From: Utricularia gibba
Lineage: Eukaryota > Plantae > Magnoliophyta
Reading direction: 5' to 3'
Length of the DNA: 64,000 bases
Assembly (NCBI GenBank): GCA_002189035.1
Contig: NEEC01000011.1
Coordinates: 744,001 to 808,000 of the forward strand
Shown here: positions 25,664-38,844 of the stretch, in pieces
Numbering within the stretch: the first letter of the stretch is position 1
Layout of the letters: every line of letters starts with the position of its first letter
Program-made: the position numbers and the translations under genes
Notes under the pieces: generated by a model
Databases searched by the model: none
The model's input: only the letters and a program-made list of their open reading frames with translations
What the model was told of the DNA's origin: nothing

Positions 25664-25992
25664 CTAAGACTATTCCAATTCCGATGCTCTATTTCACTAT
25701 ACATAAACTGATCCCAAAATATAAATAATTGTAAAAATGAAAGCTTCTAAAAATTGGGAAACCCCCAATATATCGAAATTTACTGCCCATGGATAAAGAA
25801 AAACTGCTTCAATATAAAAAACTAGAGCAACCACATATAATGCCACCAAATTTGAAATTGGAACCAACGATGCCCCTCCCCTTGGTTCTAGAACTGATTC
25901 ATAACTAAAATCCAAAATGCCAAAATAGGAATACATCTGGATGGTATTATTAGAGATGCCTAGAAAGTGTTGTATTGATAAATCAAAAACAT
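25664..25992 (-). pseudogene. ndhC: plastid ndhC (NUPT)
   Basis: YESVLEPRGGA...EAVFLYPWAVNFDILGVSQFLEAFIF; ATG at 25992. Confidence 0.9.
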
Positions 25993-26172
25993 AGACAAAG
26001 TCCTTTGAACTTCAAAAATAGAATATGCAGGATTGGACTAGTTGAATTCAAGTAGTAAACTCATTCAAAATAATTGAGTTAAAAAAAGAATCATTTATGA
26101 TTATATTATGAATGCATTAGTTTCAGAATTCATGTTATTCTATATAATTTTTTAAATTTGTTATTGTACATA

Positions 26173-26417
26173 GGCCATGTTTGGTTGACTAGTTTGGATA
26201 GGTTTGAATGGGTATCAAATATATTTGTGTGTTTCAAGTGTTTGGGACAACGGTTTATTAAACCCATAGAAAAACAAAAACCTGAGATTTGCTTTGCACA
26301 ACGGAAAAATAGAACCTAAAGGGAAGGTGGGTAAAAATATTTCTTTTCAACTAAATCCATACATAACCCTTAATAAACAAAACCTCTTCATTTCTTTCCT
26401 TTTAACCAAACAGGGCC
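26173..26417. mobile_element. Tourist-like (PIF/Harbinger) MITE, 245 bp
   Basis: 14-bp TIRs GGCCATGTTTGGTT / AACCAAACAGGGCC (1 mismatch); flanks ATA / TTA. Confidence 0.75.
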
Positions 26418-29400
26418 TTAAGGTTACTTCTTGCAATTGTTGGGAAATGCTCATTATTGGGTGTTAAAATCTTATGTATTGGTAGTGTGCGTACATTAAC
26501 TCATTTCCCGATTAAGTTTGCCATAGATTTTATTGCTTGAGAATTGATTATTGTAGTTGGTGGTGTGATTGTTGAAAGATGGAGGTATGTAATTTTTTTA
26601 CTTTTCTTTACTTTTTACATAAGTTTGTGATATATTTGCTATTCATAAAATTTTATCTTATCCACATGATGTATTTTCAGAAAAAATAGATATTGCCAGT
26701 TGATGGTGACGTTGCCATTAATTTGGATTTACATCTAGATGACCCTCAATATCATGAAAGGGATGATGATATCCCTCAATTGAAACAATGCTTATCTCAA
26801 GATGCATCACCTTCCAACATGGTGGAATCAATCTAATGTAATTTGAAAAAATCAGGTTTGGTTGATGTTAAGGACATTTGCACTATTTACTGTAATGAAA
26901 ACTAAGGTTGTACTAAACATGTTTTGTTGTGAGTAGTTTAACTTGAGATTTTATGAAGTTATGTTGATTACTAAAAAACATATATATTGCTTTTAGATTT
27001 TGTGGTGAAGCTTTGCATTTCTTGGACAAAGTACAAGCAAAAAGAGCTATGAAAGATTATGCTGTACAACATTGTTTTAGTCTGTTGTGGATAAAAAGTG
27101 AAAATTATCGTCTTGTGTGAAAAGACGAAGATGAGAAGAAAAAGTGCAAGTTTTATGTATATATTGCAAAGAGGAAAAAATTGTTCCATAGAATGTAAAA
27201 ACTTTTGTTGACCATGATAATCATTGCTTTTCTATTGTAAACGATAGTGTCATACGAGTGACTACATACTATAAGGATTTAGAATCCATTTTGTTGATGA
27301 TCCTTGTTGATCGTTACTAAAGATGGTATCCTATGTTTCTGAAAAAAATGTGAGTCCAAGGTGTCGGTACATAAGCTACGTAGAGCACACATCAAGGTAT
27401 ATGAACATACTGCATATTCACACTTTGTGAATACTTGTTTTTAATTTATATCTAATTATTACTTTTGATTTCATTTACAATGTGTTAAAATTGTATCATA
27501 CTTATAGATGATTGAAGACTTGTTTAAAAAGGATGATGTGGTGCAATTTGTTAAACAGCTGGATATTCCATCAGCCAAATGCAAAGGACACACTTACATG
27601 GCATGGGCACGCATGACCAAGAACTTTGAAGGATATAAATGAACTCATCCAAAATAAAAATGATTGTGAAAAGATACTTGTTAGATTAACCTTCCTCATG
27701 GATTTATTTTTGTATCATCATAAGATTATTAAAAATGCAAAAGGATTGAAAAGGTCATTAAAAATGAATGTGAGTTCTGTATTTTAAAATATCTCTTGTT
27801 ATTACATCATACATTATTAATGAGCTTTCATATGTCAATGAATAAGATATAAAAAATTAATGTAGTCTTATCATACTCATAAGTTACTCAAATTTAATTC
27901 ACTAATACATGTATTTAATGTATATCAATTTTTTTTACATGTGTCATCATTGAAAATCAAATATTAGAATTTATAGCAAATCATGGTAAAATAGGAAAAA
28001 AAAAAAACAAATCGAGGGCTAGTATGTAACAATTTTAAAAAATTAGCAATATTAACAATGACCTTTGTTATGTTTTAAAATTTTTGTGGTTTAATTTGAA
28101 TGATATTGTGAATGAGATGTAAGTTTTATAACTTTACAAACTCATTTCTATATTTTTCAAAGTTTTGAGGTTTGTTTTAAGAGTTTACTAAATTACTAAA
28201 TGTTATTTGCAAGTTTTTAAAAACGGGATCTAAAATATTATCAACTTTTAAAGTTGAAGTTTTTTTTAATGAGATATTTTTATATATAAAAATAGATTAA
28301 ATCAATGATTTAGTTCATCCTAATTTTTAATGACAATTTTTCTTAATATTAATAGCAATAATTCCAGAATCGCCAAGTAATTCTCACAAGAATCGTGGTA
28401 TGCAATCTATGTGGAAAAGTTAGACTAAAATTGTAGAAAAAAAAAGAACACATGATAGATTTTTAGACACTATCAAAGCAATCAGTCAAGAATGATAAGA
28501 CTTTGGGAGAAGAGATAGAAACACATAAAAAAACAAAAAATGATTACCAAGTATAATAAATGTCAAAAGATGAAGACAAATAAAAAAAAAGGGGAATATA
28601 TTTTTAAATAATCCCCAAAAATATTATCAAAGAGTAAGGAATTTCTGGAGTTTTAAACTATACACACTAGACCATTCACATACTAGAGGAGGAGAAACCG
28701 AGAGGAAGAAGAGGAAGCGATTTCAACTCAGAGGAAGATTTAGGAAATAGTTTTTAGGCAATACTGATCCTTGTTAAAAATAATATCCTTAAAGCATAAC
28801 TTGATATACCTTAATCTATGAGATTTGAATATTTTATTTTATATTGGATATTTTAATTTCTTGAATATTACTATGAACTTATTTTTATTTTTATTCCATG
28901 AAGTGATCTTGTTTCATTTAGGTATGAATAGCTAAGCATCATATATGGCACCTTTGAAAAGAAGTTGAAATTTATAAAACGCTAGTTAAGTTTCGAAGTT
29001 GTGTGTGTTTTTTTACTTAATATTATAGGATAGTTCTAGAAGCAAAAGAAGGAAAAAATACCCAACTTAAAGGTAGAGTTGGAAGAAGGAAAAAGTAAAA
29101 ATAATACACCGGAGAGTGATGGATCATCTATATTCAAGTTAGTTCACTTTGAATTAATAACATAGTTTTTATTGCTTTGTTGATTGATCTATAATTCCTT
29201 AAAAAATTCTTATTCTTTCCTTAAAAGTAAAATATCTCTTGTCTTCATTCTTGGCATTCATGATCTCATCATCCTAGGTCTCCACTGTTTTGATTTTTCG
29301 CAAAATTGGTCCCTATTAGGGTTTATATTCATTTTTTTCACAACGGTAATCTCTTGGAAAAATCATCACTGTCCATCTGTTCACCATCGCCACCGCACAT

Positions 29401-30333
29401 CAACGTTTGCCATCGCTTGCTATTGTGCTGCATCCATCACCGGTCGAATGTCATCAAGCCCACCTATTGCGTTGTGGGTGTCATGGCCGTCGTGCATACA
29501 TACATGTGGCAAGTGTTAAAAGTGATCCAAAGTATGCATTCCACATGGTGATTGAGCATGACCGAGGATGTGTTAGGTAGGGCTAATTTGGATGTGAGGG
29601 TATAGGCTTTCCCAGTATCCATATAATTGAGTGTCTTTCTGAGCATGAATACAAGCTTTTCTTTTCTATGGAGGGCATTTTCATTTAGTACTCGACTTGG
29701 AATTAGTTGAGTTGTGCACAACGAAAATGTATTCTGTTAAGTATCATATTTTAAGTCATTTTCTATGTTTAAATATAATTAAAATGATTTAATTAAGAAT
29801 ATATAATATAAATTTAAGCTTTTATTTAAATTAAGATAATTATCTTAATTAATGTGTTTTATCTATTAATTTAGTTTTTTTTTAAGTTTTTTAGAGATGA
29901 ACACGTGATAGGAAGAGAAGAAGGAAGGATCATAAAGCGATAAAATAGACTTCTGAATGATATTCTCATTAATTTTCAGAAGAATTCAAATACCAAACGA
30001 TGAACCTTGATGTGCAGAAGATATCATTAATATGGCAATATCATTGTAGGAGGTCTCCTGCAAGTCATTCAACATTACAACAGAATTAGAAGGACATGAA
30101 ATTCTGATAGGAGATACTTTCATTCTTATTTTATGTTATACTTTGTTTATCTCTTTAGAGTATTTTCCTCTACATCGTCTCTATAACTTTGATTTCATTT
30201 CCTTGTTTTGCATGATTGTTCACAACTAAAAACTCTAACTTATGGGTTGGGAGACTCCCAATGCTTTGTTAATTAACCTTCACTTGATCTTTGAATTTGA
30301 TTAGGGTTCGTATGTCTCCGGCGATTACATTAC

Positions 30334-32900
30334 TGATAAATGAGAAATTAGCAATGTCGTTAAATTACAAATTTCTCCTATCAAATAAATTTATAACCTA
30401 ACACACATTCAAACATAATACAATTATGAACATAGTGATTAGGGTCGAACACGAAGAGTAGGTACTGTTAGTGTATGTGTTCTAGAGATAATCAACTCAT
30501 TGGCAAATCTTATCTTTTGATATTTACTTTGAATTGTGATCAAATTTATATCATTGATAAAATCCTCTACTTGATCTATGTGCTATAGAAATTATAATGA
30601 GATCATAATGTGAGATTCTTCAAGCACTCATGATCAAGTTAAAAACTCCCTGGCTAGAGTGTTTGTGAAATGAGGATATCACAAATACGGATAAGCTGGC
30701 ACACATTGAGTTCCCTAAACTGTTTAGGCAATGGTTCTCACAATTGACGTAATGAGATTACTAGAATCTATGTGTGGGTGTCGATTAGGGAATCGATTCA
30801 CTGGATGACTCATCTTCGAGATGCTACTATAGGAAGCTAACCAAGTATCAGTAGCAAGATCTCGAATATGACAGCCGTGCAAGTAAGCTTAGACTTGAGG
30901 TCAACAAAGTTATCTTGATCTTAAGCTCACATTTTCGCTCATTACTAATGGGAGCTTAACCATGGATTGCCTAGTATGGATGAGTAGGGATGTGACTCCT
31001 TAAGGTTGGAGATAGTTGATTGATCAATAAAGGATTCATCACTCATGTTAGCGATAAGATCATATCTCAAGTGATTGCATCAAAGACTAACAGTAAGTCC
31101 TGGGCCCAGGGTAATGACACTCGACTTGTTTGAGTAGGTCATTGAGTGTTAGTGATTGAATGCAATTATAAGTTCGATACATCAGAAAGACACACACCCA
31201 TGTTCTGGTATCGAATGAGATATAAGTATGATGAAAACTGTTCATTGCATAGTGGCTGGTCATGGAAAGGCTCAATCAGTTCACCTGATTATTCTTTAAT
31301 CTTGGGGATCATGATATGTTGCTAGACATCACTCATGATCGATAATGATGGATTTGATTAATTAAGAGTTAATTAATAAATCCATTATTACGGCCTTGAT
31401 TGAGAAAACCTATAGGGTCACACACAATAGTGGAGTCAGTCATCGATATAAAATAGAATGACACAATTACATGAGATGTAATTGGTAAAGTGGATAAATT
31501 AAATAGAGAATTATTTTGAGATTAATATTGATTAAATTCAAAATAAAAGATCTCATATAGATATGATTTGGTATGTCACAAAATATCTATAAAAAAGATT
31601 TAGATCTTGAGATCTGCTCCAAGGTCTTCGTGCTCTCTGAGACTAATCCACAAGGAGGCGTTTTTCTCTATTAGCACCTAAGAAATTCGACCAGCATTCA
31701 AGAGCCTTGAGAAGGTTATCGACGGAGTGCTCCACGTGTGGATACCATAGAGGCCGTCTGCTATTGGCGGTGGGTGAACAACGGAGTCATCTGAAAAGTA
31801 CTTTGAACATCCATATGTCTGATGTATACCGTATTCCAAGATCTGCGTTGGGGGTTTCTCAAAATTTTTAAAATTCCGCTGCTTTTGAGACATACGATAT
31901 CTACGAGAAACCCAACAGGTACTTGCCATATGATTAGTCAATACATACAATCAGTGTCACGTTGGTAAATTTGGTCTTCACTAGGACTAAGACAGATCTA
32001 CGATGGGATGCGGTAAAGAAAAGTAATAAACTTTGGAATTAGGTTGTTTCTAAGATGAAATGGGTGATGCCTTGAAACTTCTAGGAGATGTATGCTTATC
32101 ACTAAACAAGTTCTCATAAACCATAAATCAAACAACTAATATATAAGGTCTTGGTCTACCCGGACTCTTGTTTTCCCCTTAATCTTTGGTCTATCTCTAA
32201 TTAGCGGTGTTAAGTTGGGTTTCATTTCTTCTCCCTCTTGGATCTATCCTAGCTTGTTAAGAAAGTGATGTTACTTATGGTTGATTAGGTTTAAAGATTG
32301 ATTAGCATATTTCTCCCCTTTAACCCTAAGGCACCCCTAAGTACTTAGCCATTCATGCTTAAAATAAACGAAAATAGAAAAGAAAACATCATCAACATTG
32401 TACTCATCTCACACTCTACTATTATAAAATAAATAAACATGGAATTTAAAAGTTCAACAGAAAGCTAGAAATGTCGTTAATTACTCTTAGCTAAGAGTAA
32501 TATTCTTTGGAAAATAAAAAATAATCTTAAAACATCAACTTTGTTCCTGTTTGTCTTCCTCCTTCTTCCCCCTCCCAGAAAGCTATGTCGTGTGTCTCCA
32601 ATGGGGGAAATATTTTTCTCTCTCCATCTTGTCCCTTTTTTGTCCAAAATCTCACTTTTCATCTCCTTCGATTTTGTGTGTACTCTTTTTCAGACTTCTG
32701 CCTCATCCTCTGCCCCTATACTATTCATATCCGGTTCCTTGGGATTTGTGTTGTGACATATGCTACATTGCCCAACTAAGACTAAAATAACACAACTATG
32801 ATACTATATGCAAAAATATAGAACTGAGCAGTAAAACTTAATTTTTGTACCACAATATGAGTCATTTCCTTATAGTCAATCACTCAAAAATGTGTTATCA
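30334..32900 (-). mobile_element. Athila-like solo LTR (middle; about 1.1 kb net)
   Basis: TGATAAATGAG at 30334 and GTGTTATCA at 32900; TSD ATTAC / ATTAT; homologous to 131-770 and 14049-15066. Confidence 0.8.
30466..31917 (+). mobile_element. Angela-like copia solo LTR (inner, 1452 bp)
   Basis: TGTTAGTG...CCCAACA termini; perfect TSD GGTAC (30461-30465, 31918-31922); 5' end resembles BARE-1/Angela LTR starts. Confidence 0.9.
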
Positions 32901-33749
32901 ATTATAGTCTTTCTATAACAATCTCATATTCAAGATTCATGGTTAGCTGGTTACTGCTTACAAGTTTTGAAAATGAGTAAGTTGGAAAGCACAACTCACA
33001 CCCTTTTGGTTTGAGAGAGATAAAGTTTTATTTACAACTGTATTTCAGAATCAATAGATAGATAGTGATCTCATATCTGTACTCATTAGGTCATTGGTAA
33101 CACTTGGGCATAATGATGGCTGGAGCTGTTATCTTCACAATCATCCAAGAGGGAGCATCATCAAACAATTCTCATACCTCCTTGCAAGATAGTGTAAGAG
33201 AAGGAAGATAATTACTTATTCACGTAACCGAGTATTCGCGTGGAGTTGATAAGAGTGGAGACTTAACAAACATCGCTGGACAAAATTTCAATCCCATTAG
33301 CATCTCTCCATTTAAAGTTTATTATTTAAGTTCATTTCTATTATTGTCCTATGGTTTTCTTACTAAAGTTTCATTATATATGTTTCTACTACCTCTAACT
33401 TTTACCAAACCATTTATTAATTATGATAGTTGTAATCAATGTAAGCTTCACCATTGCATAGAAAATTAACTCCATGTGATCAACACATGTACTACGCATT
33501 TTATGTTTTACGGGTTAAAAATCTTTTAAAATTTGTTGTGTAACCACATGCATCATATTTGATTTCTAATATTTATGGTTCATAACTCTGAGATTTTTAT
33601 ATTTGCATTGCAATTGAAAGACAGAGACTGTAGTACAAAGAATAATATACAATTATTCTTATCACATTGTTCTGTGTATATTTTATAAAACACAGAATAA
33701 TTGTTCTTATTACATTGTATAATTTTACTAATCAATTTATGTTTTGTAT

Positions 33750-35400
33750 TCAGAATATGAAAAAAAACGAGAATTGATTCTTATTTCAAAAGAATAAACG
33801 ATGAAGTAGTAAATGCACAACAAAATACAGGTGCTGAAGTATGAAGAGCTTATTTAAAATTGGGCCCTATGCAATCAAATTTGAATGAGTATAAGCGAGA
33901 CGGTTCTGATGTTTTTACTGTGAGTGGATCTGATGTTAACAGTGATAAGAATTGCTACTTCTTGGCACACATAGGCTCTCATGGGTGGTTCTGCTAGAGT
34001 TAACAATATTGTGATAATATTTGGAGAATATTATTCATGTATACAGCAATGAAGAAAGAGAAAGAAATTATCTGGGTTTGAAAGTCTCAATTGCTGTAGT
34101 GAGATGTCTTACATTTCATGGTTATGTTTTACAAGGAAATAGTGAAACAGATGCATCTAGAATTCTAGAAAACTTTCTAGCCAAATTTAATTTTGAAGTT
34201 GAAATGGTAGTTTTCGAAAATGCTCTTTATGCTTCAAAATATACATCTTCTGATATTTAGAAAGAAATTATAAGGATTTTATGCATCAATGGTACGAAAG
34301 CATAATCGTGATGAGATTGGTGATTCTAAATTTGTCATTATTGTTGCTGAAACTTGTGATGATATAAAAAGAAAACATATGTCTTGCAGGAACGGTTTTT
34401 TGACTTGGTGCATGGTGAAAATACTAGAGATTCTACATTGGAAAAATAATTATGTTCTGTTCCTAAGAGACATTCTTTTGATATTCAGAATTTACGTGAT
34501 CAATGATATGATGGAGATAGTAATATAAAAGGAGAGTTGAATGAGTTGCAAGCAATGATCTCAGAAAATATCATTATGCATATTATGTTCATTGATATGC
34601 TCATCGTTTACAGTCTGCTATACTTGCAGCTTCAAAAAAGGTACGGCCTATGTCTCAATTTTTTCAAAAGCTCAGTTTTATCATAATATTACAGGCAGGC
34701 TCTTCTGCAAAAAGATGTGATGGACTATGGAATGCTCAAGTTCTTGAGTTGGCTCACTTAATAAGTATGACCTTTCAACATTTGAGGAGCAAACCAAATT
34801 AAATCGTTGCAACAATCCGATGATACTAGGTGGGTTTCTAACTTCAATTCTATTTCTAGCCTTATGCAAATGTTTAATGCAACTGCTTCGATTTTAAAGA
34901 ACATATGTGCTGATGCATCTTTTAATGAAATTCGAAGTGATGGAGAAAATATATATGGTTATTTATTTTCTTTTGACTTCGTATTCATTTGTTTGATAGC
35001 GAAGTATTAGCAACTTTGTGAGACTCACCATGTTAGTATTCTAAAAATGGATGATATTTACATTCTTTGAAGAGGACATGCACGTCGTCATTTAATAGAT
35101 TTACCAATGCACATTATTATCGACTAGAGATCTTTTAGATTACAATTGACACACAACTATAAGAGTTGCATTGTAAGTTCAATAAAAATGTTATTGATCT
35201 TATGTCTTTTATGGTTACTTTAGTTCCAAGAAATGGTTTCAAGAATTTAATGCTAGTGAGATATCTCATCAACTGAATTATTTACTTACTTTCAATCAGT
35301 CACTTCAATCAAGCTATTTTGAAAGTTTCAAGTGGATGAAAGGATTTTAAGAAAATATTCCATTATAGACAATCTGATCTATCTTATCAAAAATATTGTA
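33750..35400 (+). pseudogene. hAT transposase pseudogene (TTF zinc finger / DUF4371 type)
   Basis: KKTRIDSYFKR, RAYLKLGPMQ, YASKYTSSDI*KEI, EIGDSKFVIIVAETCD, DTRWVSNFNS; heavily frameshifted. Confidence 0.8.
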
Positions 35401-36080
35401 TAGAATACTTTAGCACATCAGGTGTGCCTTTACTCATCACTAAGAGGACTAATATACCCTTCTCTTGAGAAGTGTAGTCGTCGTGGTTTTCCACATCATG
35501 TCACGAGAGATCGCAATTATTCAAGTGACTAGAAGTTGGGCAGTGAAGGTCCGCTCTGTTGCCACTGTAGGAACCTTCTCCCAGAGGCCTTTGCACTGTC
35601 TCTTTACCTCTATATGGCATTCCACAAACCATTCCCCACTCGAGGAATGATCTTGGGCTAGACTCTTGCTAGTTAGAGCCTTTTTCCATACTTGCCAACA
35701 AGCTAGGATCGTGCCAGAATAGACAATAACGAGAAGTAACCTTACCTTTCTCTTGTTGGGCTCTTTACTTCCATTGGACAATGATTTCGTAGAAGCATTC
35801 AAACCCTGGATCATAACCTTCATCTTGGAAGATCAAATATATAAGAAATTGTAGATTATAAGTAATCAGTTGGACCTAATCTTTTTTATTGTGATTCACG
35901 TTTCTTGTGTATTTAGATTTCATGTATACACTCGCCTGACTTATCGGATCCTGAATTTCAGAAGTACCATGCAACTTCTCACACACATTTATGCATGTCA
36001 GCCGTAGCATTTGTTCTTACTTTGCAAATTTTACAGTTCACGCTTCTCTTTTCGTTTCTATTCCATTCGGCCAATTTTCA

Positions 36081-36308
36081 ACACTGGCAGCATAGTTGTT
36101 CAACATTATATCATTATTTCCAAACCCAAATCCTACATTGCATTTGAAAGTAAAAGAATAATTGAACAAACATTAAATAAAAACAGTACATGATGACTTA
36201 CGAGCATCTGAATATTTAATCCATAATTGTTCAAAGATTTACCATTTTTTAAGTGAGTTATTTATACTTCACAACTTCTTTCCTTTGAAATCCAATACAA
36301 TGAAATAA
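36081..36308 (+). pseudogene. accD: plastid accD 3' end (NUPT)
   Basis: ATATCATTATTTCCAAACCCAAATCCTACATTGCATTTGAAAGTAAAAGAATAATTGAACAAACATTAAATAAAA ([24 protein letters not shown]-like). Confidence 0.9.
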
Positions 36309-36647
36309 ATTGCATTAAGGCTAAATCTAGCAAACTAAGAGTAGTTCGCTTATTAGAAATCTATGAATAAAATTAAATAACAAATTAGAAGATAACTCTT
36401 TCTTTATTAAATTAGAAAACAAGAACAAATCATATAGAAATGGATAAAAAAAGCTCAAGTTTATTATCTTTCATGCAGAGAGATTGATAAAGCTATTTCT
36501 AAGATTCGATATTATCCTACTTACACTACATACTTATTTCAAAACGAAAGTTGTAGATATTCAAATATCCAATATGTAACAATATTAATTTTAATTAGTA
36601 TAATTATAAAACAAAATATGGAAATAACAAATCAGGGTACTAATTTT

Positions 36648-36725
36648 ATGACAACTTTCAACCTTTCCCCCATTTCATCTAGCAATGGTGATAGATTTTT
36701 TTATTTCTTTATGTTAAAGAAAAAA
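36648..36725 (+). pseudogene. psaI: plastid psaI remnant (NUPT)
   Basis: ATGACAACTTTCAACCTTTCCCCCATTT... at the expected position between accD and ycf4. Confidence 0.7.
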
Positions 36726-36959
36726 ACTTATTCAGAGTGGGAAAGCTACAACCTAAGCTGTGTTTTTAAACTTAGACCGGTAGCCTAACACATATATTGA
36801 TTTTCTTTTCAGTAAATATGATTTCGCTTAATATAAAAGAAAAAGAGTTTGGACACACAAAAAATGATCCATTTGCAAATGAATTCTAATTAGCTTCAAT
36901 AAGGGGATGGTGAGAATAGGTCTAAAACTAGTGGATATATCCATATAGATATTGGGAGC

Positions 36960-38136
36960 TGATGAACATTGGAATGAGTTTGCTAAATGTCGCGGTTTAG
37001 CACATTCAACGCATCAAAAGAAATTTATAAACCAAGCTAATCTACTACATAAATCACAAGAATTAATGTAGTGTGGCAAGCAAAGGTCGAATCCACAGAG
37101 AATGGTTGTAATTTCCTAAAATTTAACACATTTACTAGAAATAGAGGGGTTTTCTGGAGTTTAGTTCTAACGCAGGTAAAATCTAAAATAACAGTAACTA
37201 GAATAAACAAGTTGCAGGGATGAAAAGGGATTTAAATTGACATGAAGGTGCAGAAAACATAAAATAAAAATAATTTGGTTGGGTTTTACATCAGGGTCTA
37301 GCTCTTGTGTCACTCAAGAGAGCCCATAGACTTAAACCTAGCTTTGGAATGCTTAAAAACAGAGTATTGGTTTGCAGAAAAAGAGCATGGTTCGCAGGAA
37401 CAGTAAATCGCGTTAAACTTAAGGCAAAGCACGAAAAGGGTAAACAACAACATGGTCATAAGCTAAAATAAGGTCTCCAACTAGTTTCTCGTTCACAACA
37501 GGGTATCGAAACACAACAGGAAGCATAAAAACGATGACAATAATAGTAGCAAGTTCACGCAGAAAAGGGTGTGCAGAAATCTGTAAATAAAAGTTGCAGG
37601 ATGCTTTTGTGGGCTGGAGATATGCGGGAAATCGAAGTTCTGGCTAGAACGGTGGTGTGGACACGCAGATCTGGAGGTCGTTGGAGACTTTCACTGGAGA
37701 AACGACGTTCTCCTTGCTCCCCTCACTCCTGTTTACTGTCTATGCGTGCACAGTGTACTCTCTTCTTTCTCTCCTTCCTTTTTCCTTTTGCAGCTCAAAA
37801 TTGAGGGTAGCATTGTCCTTTCCTCAGTATTCTAGAAGGGAGATCTCTACTCCAAATCTTATCTTTTGTACAGCTTTTCTGTCTCTTTTGACTTGTTAAT
37901 GCGGAAAGTGCACTACTATAGTACTAGCTCTTACCCTGGTAAGACTTAAAATATAGACTAGACGAAATATTAGAGTTTTCGGCTCAATTGTTGCCAATTG
38001 AGCCTGTTTTGACAATAAACATATTTCAACAATCTAAATATGCAAAAGAAGACATTTTAGCACCCTAAGCAACATTTAACCCTATAAAAACACACTTAAA
38101 AACATATATAAAAACAAAATAAAAACGGTGTTATCA
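36960..38136 (-). mobile_element. Athila-like solo LTR (1177 bp) in the psaI-ycf4 spacer
   Basis: TGATGAAC...GTGTTATCA termini; TSD GGAGC / AGAGC; GGTCGAATCCACAG motif. Confidence 0.8.
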
Positions 38137-38342
38137 AGAGCATATAAAGGGTACAACATTTTTTTTATATCTAAGCAATTTAATGAATTATTCTTATAGG
38201 CTCACATCAGGCTAGAGTTAGTTAATATTAAACTAGTAATGGTTGATCAGAGTTCAACAAGGAACTGAAACATTAACAAAATAAAAATGATTTATCATTT
38301 ATGTTTGTCTATAAATTCCAATAAAATGCAATCGAATCAAGT

Positions 38343-38770
38343 ATGATTTATGGACCAGAACATATATGAATAGAACATATAATGGGTTCTCAAAAGCTAA
38401 GCAAATTTTTTTCGGGTCATGTGAATTGTTTAGGTTCATTAAGATTTTTATTAATTGTTATTTCAATTATCTTGTAAGATATTTGATATCCTTTATTCCA
38501 TCTCCAGACCTTTTTTTAATATAATGATCCAGTAATGTCTTTCTATGGTGTCATGAATATCTTTATTAATTAATATTCTGTGGTGCACAAATAGGAATTA
38601 CATAGAACGGAATGTTTTTCTATGAGTTATTAGTGATGTTATTAATTCCATAAAAAGGATGTGCTAGTGTGTATTTTTTTGTTGGGGATTGCCTAGAAGA
38701 AATCATAGTATACTCCTATCATTCATCTAATATATCAAATTAGAAATGGAAAAAAAATTGGTTTTTTATA
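38343..38770 (+). pseudogene. ycf4: plastid ycf4 remnant (NUPT)
   Basis: ATG...CCAGAACATATATGAATAGAAC, GTAATGTCTTTCTATGG, GTGGTGCACAA, TTTTTTGTTGGGGATTGCC match ycf4. Confidence 0.85.
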
Positions 38771-38844
38771 GGTTTGATACCTTGTTTAGAACTCTTTTTA
38801 AAATAACTATTCAATCATATAGAGTCCATGACAAAAACATAGAA

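Larger units (their letters stand above)
23349..27393 (+). mobile_element. hAT DNA transposon (DUF659-type), degenerate, enclosing plastid DNA
   Basis: Transposase remnant inside; 10-bp inverted match GATGTGTGCT (23349-23358) / AGCACACATC (27384-27393); hAT C-terminal-like exon at about 26690-26840. Ends tentative. Confidence 0.55.
29735..33555 (+). mobile_element. Athila-like solo LTR (outer of nested trio; about 1.25 kb net)
   Basis: TGTTAAGTATCATATTTT...CACATGCATCA; TSD TATTC (29730-29734) / TATTT (33556-33560). Confidence 0.65.

Noticed and set aside
27500-27630. Exon-like MIEDLFKKDDVVQFVKQLDIPSAKCKGHTYMAWARMTKNFEGYK
   Set aside because: Isolated 44-codon frame with no other supporting exons and no family I can name.
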